NCBI GenBank assembly: GCA_000004985.1
Contig: GG738886.1
DNA: 64,000 nucleotides
DNA from: Naegleria gruberi
Lineage: Eukaryota
Reading direction: 5' to 3' (one strand)
Position 1 is the stretch's first letter; every line of letters starts with the position of its first letter. Below are positions 22,601 to 32,937 of the stretch, one piece after another. The translations under genes were made by a program, and so were the position numbers. The notes under the pieces are model-generated. The model was not told the DNA's origin. It saw only the letters and a program-made list of their open reading frames with translations, and did no database searches.

Positions 22601-23588
22601 AGAATTATTCTCACAATTCAAAGATATTAACATGAACTTTATTGGATCATGTTACGATACCATCGCAAGAAATGCTATGGTTCTCTATGATGAAGAAGTT
22701 GATTCTGAGGATAGAACAAATTTCGAGTCAGACGATCAGATCGATTTATTCTTCAAATGCTACAAACCAAGAGCAGCATTGCCAGCTTCAGCTAGTGATT
22801 CTCAAATAACAGTTCACAGAGCTATCAAATCTCTGAGTTTGGATGGAGACAAAGTTAAGGAATTGATGGAAAGTGCTATTACATTCTTCTTCAAAGCCAA
22901 AGTTATACATGATGGAGTCATTAATAGAATTCAAATCAAGGACTCTGATCCAAATCTCGAGTTAACAACCACAGAAACTATTACTGAGTCTGGTTTGACA
23001 ATAACAAAAGTCAAGCTCAGGGATCCAACAGAAATTAATAATGAGGCAAAGACTGGTAATTACTTTATCTGTGCTTATAGTGTTGCTGATCGCACAAGCT
23101 TTTTGATTGTTGAGCATATCATCAAAGCAATTAGAAAGGCCAAGAGAAGAGAAAGAAAGGCAGAAAAGAAGAAGAATAAGTCTTCCAAGACAAAGCCTCA
23201 ATATAGCACCTTAACTGGTTCAGTTACCGAGGAATTACTACAAATGCTCAATGGAGATGATAGTGACTACAATAATGACAAGTTTATGGTTCTTGTGGGC
23301 TGTAAAGCTGATGTTCCAGATGACCAAAGACAAGTTTCAAAGAAAGAAGGTGGTGAACTAGCTCTCAAGTACAGTATTCCATTCTTTGAAGTTTCTAATG
23401 GAGATATGTTTGGAATACGGAAAGTTTTCTTGAATGCTATCGATTCCATCAAGAGACAAAATGCTTCATACGTGGATGCAGTCAAACAAATGAATGACTT
23501 CCACAAGAGAATGAATATTGCAAAGCAAAACAAGAAAGGCCAAATAGATGTTAACTCTCTTGCTATACTGCCAAAGTGTTACATTTAA
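19614..23588 (+). CDS. Sec7-domain ArfGEF-like protein (1324 aa, single exon) with Ras-like GTPase motifs flanking the Sec7 domain
   Basis: Sec7 core: LSKFDRALRSFFIQFKLPKEGQQVTRIAEVF...CYLLVCSMLMVNTQLHNP (Glu finger present). A P-loop-like segment KIVVIGCRGIGKSEMVYKF lies ~aa 345. C-terminal to Sec7 are Ras-like G3-G5 segments: KTGNYFICAYSVADRTSF, MVLVGCKADV, FFEVSNGDMFGIRKVFLNAI. The N-terminus has long poly-Asn/Ser tracts. Confidence 0.85.
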   Translation: MSIRQKLFPQRKRMSGIFESEHSPTDVDSLKKNRRVSNASDMMLSHPPIDQHTSNLLNTSLCNNPSMSEDSLSRKVTIGSSTCIDSSTGSSEVDSSPNNNGNTLDIKSSRGKQEQSSTVMIATAPPAGSDAVNDDVASSGSSKNSLKNEEKNASLLPQQDSSSTSIKSDSSSLNNNNNNNNISNNSSVSSSSSASVVDNIEDDMTKNRSLTYAVGDSKFKGIGPNDVKSPQSQNATTVSTFLTDEQPSTISPTTAMNNRFQGISSKDAKPTTTTSTTSQPKHANPPPIQTTSSVSNNGKSSTPTNNKPASSKPVEKPRVSQDLSREAALKKKATGKSLTMPSSSQNKIVVIGCRGIGKSEMVYKFLHNEIRFYHQLKKDKAHLLEELKGTLASEQKTINEKKTQSASNQQNATTTPTNNLPSSSTSCTITPKTEPSPTKVQDNLPIDPGAIVENEIECALKPSDSLEVRKLKLLLMKKDQEIKKQKEEMENTIQELSSMWKKERTEKVELEEEYVEKENELNHYISVVEQIHHLINLDPKSDEIPEAISFKLPENPNNGILSPNRKRKTSAHAGVIAATPKQNLSTLPPSTPNVVTPMNNRNSHNNNHNDDFFDLQNFNPKDPVPVTPMSSQRKARHVRTESTFQKLRTNQYQVVAQDLRKSIEEDIDADVSDPETNSIALAANETDETTDEINMFLADFNRTEESNFVLTNNPSMNRIQAPQVKNSLSNSEDSAGDEDTENDYSESSDITSVSSTASSNHSLVKAQSTMDVRGDRGQPVVANSLILPNVGKSKSPTIVQSTDYKYDENLFVKLLTPSFHLTEGLRKFNTGKPKDALKYLIENAILPDPEAGLTETKEKPEAVISRFMAIADSLNKEKLGEFLGDERNNVYLEEFVRFHVQELYNEEKKQGDDTYLSKFDRALRSFFIQFKLPKEGQQVTRIAEVFANVYSENNKNDGELNGNGDACYLLVCSMLMVNTQLHNPIANIKLSREQFVELFSQFKDINMNFIGSCYDTIARNAMVLYDEEVDSEDRTNFESDDQIDLFFKCYKPRAALPASASDSQITVHRAIKSLSLDGDKVKELMESAITFFFKAKVIHDGVINRIQIKDSDPNLELTTTETITESGLTITKVKLRDPTEINNEAKTGNYFICAYSVADRTSFLIVEHIIKAIRKAKRRERKAEKKKNKSSKTKPQYSTLTGSVTEELLQMLNGDDSDYNNDKFMVLVGCKADVPDDQRQVSKKEGGELALKYSIPFFEVSNGDMFGIRKVFLNAIDSIKRQNASYVDAVKQMNDFHKRMNIAKQNKKGQIDVNSLAILPKCYI

Positions 23589-23797
23589 TAAATGTTGAAT
23601 CCTTTTTCTTTGCACTTCCTTTTTAACAAAAATTACAGGATTTTCTCTAAGATCAAGATATTATCTGTTCTTTTCAGTTCGAAAAAAAAGAAATAAAAGC
23701 AAATCATGAGTTTGTTTCCTGCTAGCCAGCAAACAAAAAGACAAAATGGAACGAAGAAGTTTCAGATTCAGCCTCTCTTCAATTCTCAGCAGCCATC

Positions 23798-24994
23798 ATG
23801 AATAATCCGGATATTATTCATCAAGTATTAAACTTTTTAAACGATGGTTCCGAGGAGATGATCAAAGATTACATGTTGGTTTCTTCCGAGTGGATGAAGG
23901 CTGTTCGTAATTTAGATTTATTTATTGCAGTTTATCGGAAGAATATAAAGAAGGAACAAGTAGAATTAATGATGAAAAGTACTTGTTTGAAGAATTTGAC
24001 CAAGTTGACTATTAAATTTACTGATTTGGATGGGGTAAAGGCATTTTGTGATAATTTTGCCTTCGATAGATTGACTAGCTTGGCTGTGAACGATAGTAAA
24101 CTTGGAGTTGAAGGCGCCAAGTTGATTGCACAATGTCAAAAATTGAGTAATTTGAAAGAGTTGAATGTTAGTGTGTGTGATTTGCATTGTGAAGGTGCTC
24201 AAGTGATTGTTTCAAGTCCAGTGTTTAGCAAATTGACTAGTTTGGATCTGGGTTGGAATCAGATTAAAGATGAAGGCATAAAATCATTGGCAATGAGTGA
24301 ACACATGTCTAACTTGACTCAATTAGACCTCTATCTCAATCTATTTGGAGGAGATGGCTTATCAGCAATGGCTACTAGTCCATACCTGACTAATCTTACG
24401 GATCTGAAAATGGCAGAGCTATTTCTTGGTGAAGGAATTGATTCAATTTGTGATGGTAAATCCCTTTCTAATCTAACGAGATTGGATTTGACAGAAAATG
24501 ATTTATATGAAGGTGCCATTACTGCTTTGAATAAGAGCTTGACAAAGATTACTGATCTCAATTTAACTAAGAATAATATTGGAGATGAGGGAATTGAAAT
24601 ATTGGCCAACAGCAAGTTTGCATCCACTTTGAAAGTGCTCAATATTACTGACAATGTCCTCAACCCAGCATCTTTTAAAGCAATTTCAAATTCTCAATTC
24701 CTTTCCAATTTGGAAGTATTGAATGCCTCCTCGAATTTCAGAGTAAAGGATGAAGGAGCCAAACTCATTGCCAACAGTCCAACACTTTCAAATTTGACTG
24801 AACTCATTTTGGAGGATGACAGTATTGGAACTGAGGGAGCTTGCGCAATTGCCAATAGTCAGTATTTGACTAAACTGAAGAAATTGAATCTTTCATTTAA
24901 TAAGATTGATGAGGAAGGTGTGAAGGCAATTCAAAACATGAATATCCAAGCCAAAGTCGGTAACGACAAAGCTAAGGGTTGTCCACAGCAATAA
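23798..24994 (+). CDS. F-box-like / RNI-type leucine-rich-repeat protein
   Basis: 398 aa. N-terminal F-box-like segment (IIHQVLNFLNDGSEEMIKDYMLVSSEWMKAV), then ~12 ribonuclease-inhibitor-type LRRs (LSNLTQLDLYLN.., LTNLTDLKMAE.., ITDLNLTKNNIGDEGIEILA..). Confidence 0.8.
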   Translation: MNNPDIIHQVLNFLNDGSEEMIKDYMLVSSEWMKAVRNLDLFIAVYRKNIKKEQVELMMKSTCLKNLTKLTIKFTDLDGVKAFCDNFAFDRLTSLAVNDSKLGVEGAKLIAQCQKLSNLKELNVSVCDLHCEGAQVIVSSPVFSKLTSLDLGWNQIKDEGIKSLAMSEHMSNLTQLDLYLNLFGGDGLSAMATSPYLTNLTDLKMAELFLGEGIDSICDGKSLSNLTRLDLTENDLYEGAITALNKSLTKITDLNLTKNNIGDEGIEILANSKFASTLKVLNITDNVLNPASFKAISNSQFLSNLEVLNASSNFRVKDEGAKLIANSPTLSNLTELILEDDSIGTEGACAIANSQYLTKLKKLNLSFNKIDEEGVKAIQNMNIQAKVGNDKAKGCPQQ

Positions 24995-25390
24995 ATCGAT
25001 TTGTTGCTGAATCTACATTTTCATTCATCCGATTTTGCTCATGGTTGTGTGTTTACAGATCTGTTTTCCTTCCAATACCACAACTGGAAACAATCACCCT
25101 TCGTGGAAGGACCTTTTGTTGATTGAATTGATTTAGAAATTGTAAATTACTCACCAGATATGTTAATGAAATATCAGCATTGTATAACCATTGAAACAAC
25201 AAATGTTGCTTTCGAATAATTGTTTCCTTGATGATTGTATGTTGCATTCCTGACATTTTAAAGACGCATCTAAATTGTCAACCTCAAAACAACAACCGTT
25301 ACCTTTCGCAAGTGCAAAATCAGCTCCTTTCATGAGTTCTTTTAGAACTTTATTTTCACGAAATGACAGCTGTCTTTTATCAACAAAAAA

Positions 25391-26572
25391 ATGCACAAAC
25401 AGATATCTTTATTCTTGTTAGTTTTATTCTTGCTGGTTTCTTCAGCATCATTCAAACATACCCATTTCACAAAGGACATGATTGACTCTCTCAATCAAGA
25501 TCCATCTGTCAAATGGGAAGCTGCAAATTATGACCAATTTGCAGGTAAATCATTTGCTGAATTGAGAAAATTATTAGGTGGTAAGAGAGGTGAAGAAAGC
25601 TCGAGTGAAGAAGCAAGATATAATACCAGAGATGTTAAATCGACTGTTGCCATTCCTGATACTTTTGATTCTAGAACTAAATGGCCACAATGTATTCATG
25701 GTATTAGAAATCAAGGTGTAAGTAATATTCATCCATAGCATGTTGTTTAATATTGTAAAAAAAGCAATGTGGATCATGCTGGGCTTTCGCAAGTAAGTAT
25801 TAAGTTTTCCTCTGTTGTTGCTCATCTTTGACAACAATTATTACAACAAAATATGATGTGAATATTGACATGAATAACATGAAAATAATAGCTACTGGTG
25901 TTTTCTCTGATCGTTTGTGTATTACTACTAACAACGTTTCAAATGTTGTTATCAGTCCTGAAGTAAGTTAATGTAAGCTAACAATAACATAACATTCGTC
26001 CAGTTTCTTATTGAATGCGACAAGACCAGTTTTGCATGTCAAGGCGGTTATGGTTATTATTCATGGAAATTCTTCATGAATACTGGTATCCCATTAGAAT
26101 CCTGTGTTCCATACACTAAAGATTCCCTTGTTTATGGTAACACCACCAACGCTCAATGTAGATCAACTTGTACTGATGGTAGTCCACTTAAATTATACAA
26201 GGCTGCTAGTGCTTATTATATTTACTCTCCAATTACCAATTATCAAACTGAAATTATGACTAATGGACCAGTTGAAGCTGATTTTGATGTGTAAGTTTTC
26301 TAATTTTAGTAATGTGAAATTTTAATTTTTTTTAGATATTCTGATTTTTATTCATATAAATCTGGTATTTATCAAAAGACAGCAGGAAGTACCTATGTTG
26401 GTGGACATGCTGTTAAGGTTCTTGGATGGGCTTCTGATTCTAATGGAACTCCTTATTGGATTGCTCAAAATCAGGTAAGTTTCGAATAGAAATTAACAAT
26501 TAATAGAAATAATTTAAAACACAATAATAGTGGGGAACATCATGGGGTATGGGAGGCTATGTATGTTTTTAA
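25391..26572 (+). CDS. cathepsin B-like papain-family cysteine protease, >=6 exons
   Basis: Proposed exons: 25391..25717, 25765..25792, 25892..25962, 26004..26290, 26336..26474, 26531..26572 (stop, or spliced onward). Junctions rebuild NQG|QCGSCWAFA-TTGVFSDRLCITT (active-site Cys), GPVEADFDV|YSDFYSYKSGIY, GGHAVKVLGW (His), and IAQNQ|WGTSWGMGGY (Asn). Signal peptide is MHKQISLFLLVLFLLVSSASF. Donors are GTAAGT or GTGTAAGT. Confidence 0.8.
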
Positions 26573-26669
26573 TTTGATTTGAAAAATTAATTAACTTTTT
26601 CTAGTTGTAAGTAATTTGTAATTTACTTTTTTGTAAATTTATTATCAACCTTAACAGTTATATTTATAG

Positions 26670-27844
26670 AGGAAATTCTACTTTGAATTGTAAATTTGAT
26701 AATTACATGATTGCTGGAACTGTCTCACCACCAACATGTTATGGTAAAGCTCAAAGTGATTCTTCAGTTTGTAATGGACATGGTCAATGTGTTGGACCAG
26801 ATACTTGTTCATGCTCAAGTGGATGGGGTGGCACTTATTGTAATATTACCAGTTGTAATGGAATTGTTTTGACTGATTCATCAGTTTGTAGTGGTCATGG
26901 CCAATGTGTTTCTGCTGAAAATTGTGTTTGTAATAGGTAGGTTTTTTCACTTGTTGTGTGATTTTTTTAACACAATTGGTTGAAGTGGTTGGAGTGGAAC
27001 TTATTGTGCTGAAACTACCTGTAATGGTATTTCATCTGCCAATTCATCTGTCTGTAGTGGACATGGTACATGTACTACCAAGGATACTTGTACATGTAAG
27101 ACTGGTTATGGAGATCAATATTGTCAATCATTCATTTGTTATGGATTGACTGGTTCCAATGCTGCCGTTTGTTCTGGACATGGTACATGTTCTGCTTATA
27201 ATACTTGTAAATGTAATACTGGATACTCTGGTTCTCAATGTCAAAACTATACCTGTAATGCCATTGCCCAAAATAATGCCAATGTCTGTTCAGGACATGG
27301 TTCTTGTGTTGATTACAATACTTGTAAATGTTCAGGTGGATACACAGGTACTTATTGCTCACAAGTTGCTTGTAATGGAATTCTTCCAACAGATTCATCT
27401 GTTTGTAGTGGCCGTGGTAAATGTGTTGGTCCAAACAATTGCACATGTACCAACTCAACTCAGTATGGAGGTGAATTCTGTCAAGTTCCAAAATGTGGTG
27501 GAATTTTGGCAACAGATTCTTCAGTTTGTGGTGGAAAGACCAATTATGTTTGCTCTGGTGTAAATACTTGTACATGTAAGACTGGATATACTGGAGCTAA
27601 TTGTAACTCATTCTCATGTTTTGGAATTGATTCCAACTCAACAAGTGTCTGTGCAGGAAGCGGAAAGTGTGTTGCATTGGATACTTGTCAATGCACTGAT
27701 GGAACTTCAGGCAATTGTACTTCCTCAACTAGTACAGATTCCAGCACAAGACAATCACATGCCTCTAATCAATATGGCCAAACCATGTGGATCCAAATTG
27801 TATTGTGTACTGTCTTGTTATGGATTGGAGCTATTGTTTTTTAA
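26670..27844 (+). CDS. tenascin-type EGF-repeat (CxGHGxC) membrane-anchored region; probably downstream exons of the cathepsin B-like gene
   Basis: Open frame from ~26670 with no in-frame ATG and no signal peptide. It begins NCKFDNYMIAGTVSPP, which resembles the cathepsin B C-terminus HCGIESEVVAGIP. About 11 EGF-like repeats follow (CNGHGQCVGPDTCSCSSGWGGTYC...). A 49-nt intron at 26937..26985 (ag|GTAGGT..GAAG) restores ...CVCN-S-GWSGTYC. C-terminal hydrophobic tail IQIVLCTVLLWIGAIVF (TM or GPI signal). Stop at 27842..27844. Confidence 0.7.
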
Positions 27845-28211
27845 ATATTCAAAGATTGAGAATAAATTAGTTGTGTGAAATAAGCTTCCAGAACTTAATT
27901 ATGGTTCGATGGCAAGTAGTTTATAGAGTTCAACCTGTAATCCCAACCTTAAAAGCTCTAAGGAAATGTTGAATTTCCTTCATTGATAATTTTCTTTGCA
28001 TATTCCTCTCTCCTGTGTTCATTATCATGCATTTCGAAAGGGAGAGAGGATTAGCAAGTGCAAACTTTGGTCTATTCGATTTTACACAACAAGAAATATC
28101 CTATAGTTGTTCAACATGATTCCTCTGATTTATCCACCGATTGCACCATGATCTCAAAGAATAATTCATTCGCCCAATGAAGATGTTCCAAAGTCTTAAA
28201 TTATCATAATA

Positions 28212-30089
28212 TTAAAAATCATTACACAATTTCAATATTTCCTTATCATTTCTCAAATCAATGGATGCATATTTCAGTGCACTCTTATTTTGTTTGACTG
28301 CAAATGAAACTATTCCTCTATCACTTCTGAGTTTTAAACACATTTCACGTAACAGATTGCCATCTCTTTTCACAACTCGAATCACAAATACTCTATCTGA
28401 GACCTTTAATTTACCAGCACTGTAGAATGCATTAATAGCATCAGTTTTTAACGCTTCCATCAAAATCTCTCTATCTATTTGATGTTTTCTTGGAAAATTT
28501 GGCAAATAATTCCCAGATTGTTTGACTAGTTTCTGAAAGCAAAATAGTCTGTCATTAATCAATCTTTTAGATATCTGACTAAAATTCAACATGACGTTTC
28601 AGCAGCTTTGAGAACAATTTGTTCATCATCCCAAAACTCTGCTGTGCAAGAATTGATTGCATCTCCATCTTGTGTGACTGCAGCCAAAACTATTTCTCTA
28701 TCTGTTTGAAATTGTTCACCAACATAATACAATATCTCACCACATCTTGTTACAGCTTGTAATACAAATTCTCTGTCTTGTTTAAATTCATTTGGGATTG
28801 CATTCATTGCTTCGTACAGATTAAAACATCCTGAGGATATTTTAATTGATTCCAATAATACCTCTCTGTCGTGTGTGAATTGATCTGGAATATTCTCCAA
28901 AGCAAAACCAGTCTTTGCAAATGATTGGATGAATTCAATGTCATTTCTCAATCTATCAGAAATATATGTAATGGCCAAACCAGAAGATTTGAGTGCCAAC
29001 TCAGCAATTTCCTTGTCATCTCTCAATTCAGTTGATGCAAATTGGAAACAGGACCAATTTTTCATAACAAGCATTTTCACAAATTCCTTATCATTTTTCA
29101 ATTCATCAGATGCGTGTTGAAAAGCTTGTGGATTTTGTTGAATAGCTTCCATAACAATCTCTCTATCATTTCTCAATTCCTTACACGCATATTCTAGTGC
29201 TTTCACACCGTCCAAATTTGATATTGTGAGCAGAAACTCTCTATCATTCGTAAATGCCCTACTTGCACTGTTAATTCTGGCAAGAGATTTTGAAAATGCT
29301 TTAAAAATCACATCTCTATCATTTCTCAATAATTGGGATGATTGAAAATATGCATTTGGCTTTGATTCTAGAGCTAGTAAGACAATTTCCTTATTATTTT
29401 GCAATTCTTTGGACGCAAACTCTAGGGCATCACCATTTTCTTGTACAGCAGTTCTAACTATTTCAATATCATTTCTAAATGTTTCAGATACAAATTTAAG
29501 AATTGGTCCCCAAGTACTAACAGCTGTCATTACAATTTCCCTGTTTCTTTTCAATTCTTCAGATGCGTACGAAAGAAAATGACCCTTATGTTGCACAGAA
29601 GTTTTTACAATTTCAAAATCATTTCTCAATTCTTCTGAGGCACATCTGATGCTTCCATTTTCCTTGACAGCTGCCATGACAATTTCTCTATCATTTCTGA
29701 AAACATCATCCACATAATTGAGTGTCTCAAGACCACTATACTCTGTTGTAGTCAAAACAAACGATCTATCCTTCCACAATCCAAATTTTCTAGCCAAAAT
29801 ATCAAATTTATCACAAGGCAAATCGAATATTTTGTCATGAATAAAAGTTCGATCTCTAATCAATCAATATTGGAAAATTAATTGGTTGATTTTCATTGTT
29901 AAATTCTTCTCCATGATCAAAAAACTCCCAAACAGAATCATCACTTCTCCCGAAACAATATTCAAGTATTGGTTTTAAAATGGTGTCGTGTTTGTCATTG
30001 GGTGGAATGTCTGCAATTTTTGTGGAGAGTAATTGGGAAGAGAGGGACAAATCTAAAAAACACTGATGGTTATTCTTCATCATTGGCAT
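28212..30089 (-). CDS. DUF4116-repeat protein (RNDREIV..A..NG.AL.YAS repeats), gene model interrupted by two frame changes
   Basis: Three overlapping minus ORFs (29856..30089, 28586..29863, 28212..28592) all continue the same ~25-aa repeat pattern. The junction at ~29859..29866 is a tandem ATCA|ATCA (tgat|tgat on the coding strand); removing one copy restores ...NFPILIRDRTF. The junction at ~28586..28595 needs a -1 shift (...AAETS/MLNFSQISKRLINDR). Confidence 0.65.
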
Positions 30090-30581
30090 TAAAACCCTCG
30101 ACTACGTTTTTTTTAATACCATTACAAAATGTGAAAAAATCAAAAGCCACCCCAAGGTTTGTCCATCCTCAATATGTAATGTGTGAAGAAATTGAGCACA
30201 ATGAGGTCAATTCAGCTCTCAAAAGTCCACTTAACTCGTTTATAAATCATTCAAGTTTTTTCATTCGAATTTTCATGTGAAATTTTCACACTTTACATTG
30301 TAATCATTATTCCTCTTCTCATTTGATAACCAAAAGATTTGGTCAATTTTCACAAACACTATCCACGTACCCACCTCAACGCGCAAAATTGTCCAAATTT
30401 GTAGAAAAACGAGTACAGTGCGCAATAAACCAAGAATAAAAAAATATCTCAAAGCCTTTCGAGTTTTGCATTTGGTAGGTTTTTATGATGGAATGAAGGC
30501 TTTGATAACACTTTATTGTGCTGAAAATGATGGAAATATTACATTGATGACTGATACAATATGTGATGATTGATAATTGTG

Positions 30582-31787
30582 ATGATGACAATAGAAATGA
30601 CCGATAATATTGAAATTGGAAAAGTTGTTGAATTGGATTATAATGATCTTGTTAATGAAGTTGATTTGAGTGAAAAGATTGAAGAAGCCTATGGTCCTGA
30701 AGGTTTGGGTTTGTTGGTCGTTTCCAATGTTCCAAAAGTTTTGGAATTGAGAGAAACATTGTTGCCACTTGCTCACAAGTTTGCAATGCTTCCAGATGAA
30801 TCTAAAGAAAAGTACGAACACAAGGGATCTAATTATTCATTTGGTTGGTCATATGGCAAGGAATCTTTCAATGGAAAGGTGAGTAATTTTAAATTATCGG
30901 ATCATGAATTTTGTGTTTTTTAAAATTGTTTCGGAATTAATTTTCACATCAGACTGATGTCTTCAAGGGAAGCTACTATGCCAATCCTGAAGTTGATGTA
31001 CCAACTGAAGATAAGGAAATTCAACAAAAGTATCCATTCTACTGCACACCAAATATTTGGCCAAAGGAAGATTTGCCAGAATTGGAATTTGCCTTCAAGA
31101 ATATGGGTCAACTTATTGTTTCCGTTGGTCACCTTATTGCCAAGCAATGTGATAGTTACATTCAAAAGAAATGTCCAACCTGTCAACCAAACAAGCTCTA
31201 TAATATTATCAGCCAAAGCAAGAATACTAAATCAAGACTCCTCTATTATTTCCCAAGATCTCAAGAAGATGTCAATGCTGATGAAAATGTTGAAAGTGAT
31301 GATGGTTGGTGTGGACTTCACTTGGATCACGGTTCTTTGACCGTAAGTAGTAGCATTAGTATTTCAGTATAATGATTCTAATATTCATAATAATAATAAT
31401 CATCATCAATAGGGTTTAACTTCTGCCATGTACTTTAGAGATGGACAAGTTGTTCAAAATGACGATCCAAAGGCTGGACTTTACATTAAGGGAAGAAAAG
31501 GAAATTACATTAAGGCCACCTATAGACCAGACCAATTGGCTTACCAAATTGGTGAAAGTGCCCAAATTCACAGTGGTGGTTTATTGCAAGCCACTCCTCA
31601 TTTGGTTCGTGGTCCAAGATCTGTTGGTATTGCCAGAGCTACTCTTGCCAACTTTATGCAACCTGCTTACAATGACATGATGGACGTTCCAGCTGGAAAG
31701 ACTGTTGCTGATTGTAAGATTAAGCATATTGAAGAAGGAATGACATTCCACGATTTCTCTGAAAAGAAGTTCAAGGAATATTATTAA
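30582..31787 (+). CDS. 2OG-Fe(II) oxygenase superfamily protein, 3 exons
   Basis: join(30582..30878, 30953..31342, 31413..31787). Donors are GTGAGT at 30879 and GTAAGT at 31343. The joined product contains GWCGLHLDHGSLT-GLTSAMYFRDGQVVQ...LVRGPRSVGIARATLANFMQP, the His-x-Asp...His / RxS 2OG-oxygenase core. Confidence 0.8.
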
Positions 31788-31804
31788 ATTTTTTCACATT
31801 CTAT

Positions 31805-32170
31805 TTATTTCTTCTTGGTAACTGTTGACTTTTTTGTGGCAGTAGTGGACTTTTTCTTGACAACAATATCGTCTGGTTTAACATCCATGGCAACAACTTT
31901 AGTTTTTGTGGTAGTTGGTGTTGTTGTTGTAGTTTTTGTTGTTGAAGGAGTTGTTGTTGTGGTGACGGTAGCTGGAGTGGTAGTAGTTGGTGTGGTTGTT
32001 GAAGAAGATTCGGAAGAGGAAGCAGTCTTTAAAAGTTCGGAAGCTGTTTGAGCAGTGATAGAAAACTCAGTGTCAAGATAGGCCTTGTTTTGCAACTTCT
32101 TGATTCCTCGATTGTCCTTCTTTGAGTGGACGGCTTGTCTCTTGGCTCCTTTTCTTGAGTGTTTTGGCAT
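31805..32170 (-). CDS. small basic protein with Thr-rich tract (hypothetical)
   Basis: 121-aa ORF with A-rich ATG context. Lys-rich N- and C-termini flank TTTPTTTTPATVTTTTTPSTTKTTTTTPTTT. Its 3' end lies 18 nt from the stop of the convergent 2OG-oxygenase gene. Confidence 0.4.
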   Translation of the reverse strand: MPKHSRKGAKRQAVHSKKDNRGIKKLQNKAYLDTEFSITAQTASELLKTASSSESSSTTTPTTTTPATVTTTTTPSTTKTTTTTPTTTKTKVVAMDVKPDDIVVKKKSTTATKKSTVTKKK

Positions 32171-32402
32171 TTTTTATTCTCGTGTTGATGAAACCGTTAC
32201 CAAAGTTATTTGAACATCAGATGATGAATTTAATAAAATTGAAAATTGTTACTATTATTTAATATTTGTATCGGAAGACGGACCAAGTTGTGCAAAACAA
32301 ACACTACTTGATCATGCTAGAAAAATATTATTCAAAGTGATGATGATAATTTTTTCCTTACTGTATCGGATCCGTAAATAGCTTCATCATCCTTATAAAA
32401 AA

Positions 32403-32936
32403 ATGAAATGCTCTGTTAAGGCCCAATTTTTCTTGTTGGCTTTGATCGTTGTTGCAGTTATTGTGATGATGATTGATTCAACTGTTGCTCAAACAACAAC
32501 AACAACACCTCAACCAGAAAAAAAGCAACCACTCTCAAAGGATTCATACACAAAGATGGTTCAAACCTTGGATTCCTTAATGAAGAAACTTCATAATCAA
32601 AAGATTGTTATTGATAAGGAAGTTAATGATGCTAAAGCTGAATTGGAATTGGCAATGAAGGAAGAAGAAGAAGCTAGAAAGAAGTTTGAAGCTTTGCAAA
32701 AGGAACATTTGATTGCAAAGAAAAAGACTGAAGAACAAGGGACAAAAGTTAAGGAATTAATTAATAACATTACCAAGGCTCAAAAGAATACCAAACAATC
32801 ATTATCCGATTATAATAGAATTGCTAGAGATGGTCCAAATATGAAGGACAGGTCTTCGTTGAAAAAGGATAAGCAACAATTGAAATCAATCAATGACAAG
32901 ATGCAAAACTTGATGGACACTAGAAAGGCCAAATAA
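32403..32936 (+). CDS. secreted coiled-coil protein (hypothetical)
   Basis: 177 aa. Signal peptide MKCSVKAQFFLLALIVVAVIVMMIDSTVA, a TTTTTPQPEKK linker, then a heptad-rich charged region. Confidence 0.55.
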   Translation: MKCSVKAQFFLLALIVVAVIVMMIDSTVAQTTTTTPQPEKKQPLSKDSYTKMVQTLDSLMKKLHNQKIVIDKEVNDAKAELELAMKEEEEARKKFEALQKEHLIAKKKTEEQGTKVKELINNITKAQKNTKQSLSDYNRIARDGPNMKDRSSLKKDKQQLKSINDKMQNLMDTRKAK

Positions 32937-32937
32937 A

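Noticed and set aside
25053-25396. Two overlapping small minus-strand ORFs between the LRR gene and the cathepsin gene
   Set aside because: One uses a non-ATG start. They overlap in different frames, have no domain, and sit in the likely cathepsin promoter. Probably spurious.
27132-27575. 147-aa minus-strand ORF and 134-aa plus-strand alternative-frame ORF over the EGF-repeat region
   Set aside because: They come from the repetitive TGT/GGT-rich EGF coding sequence. The EGF frame has a clear Cys periodicity; these do not.
31815-32051. 78-aa plus-strand ORF rich in Val/Gly
   Set aside because: It is antisense to the Thr-rich tract of the small basic protein gene on the minus strand. It is a hydrophobic low-complexity artefact.
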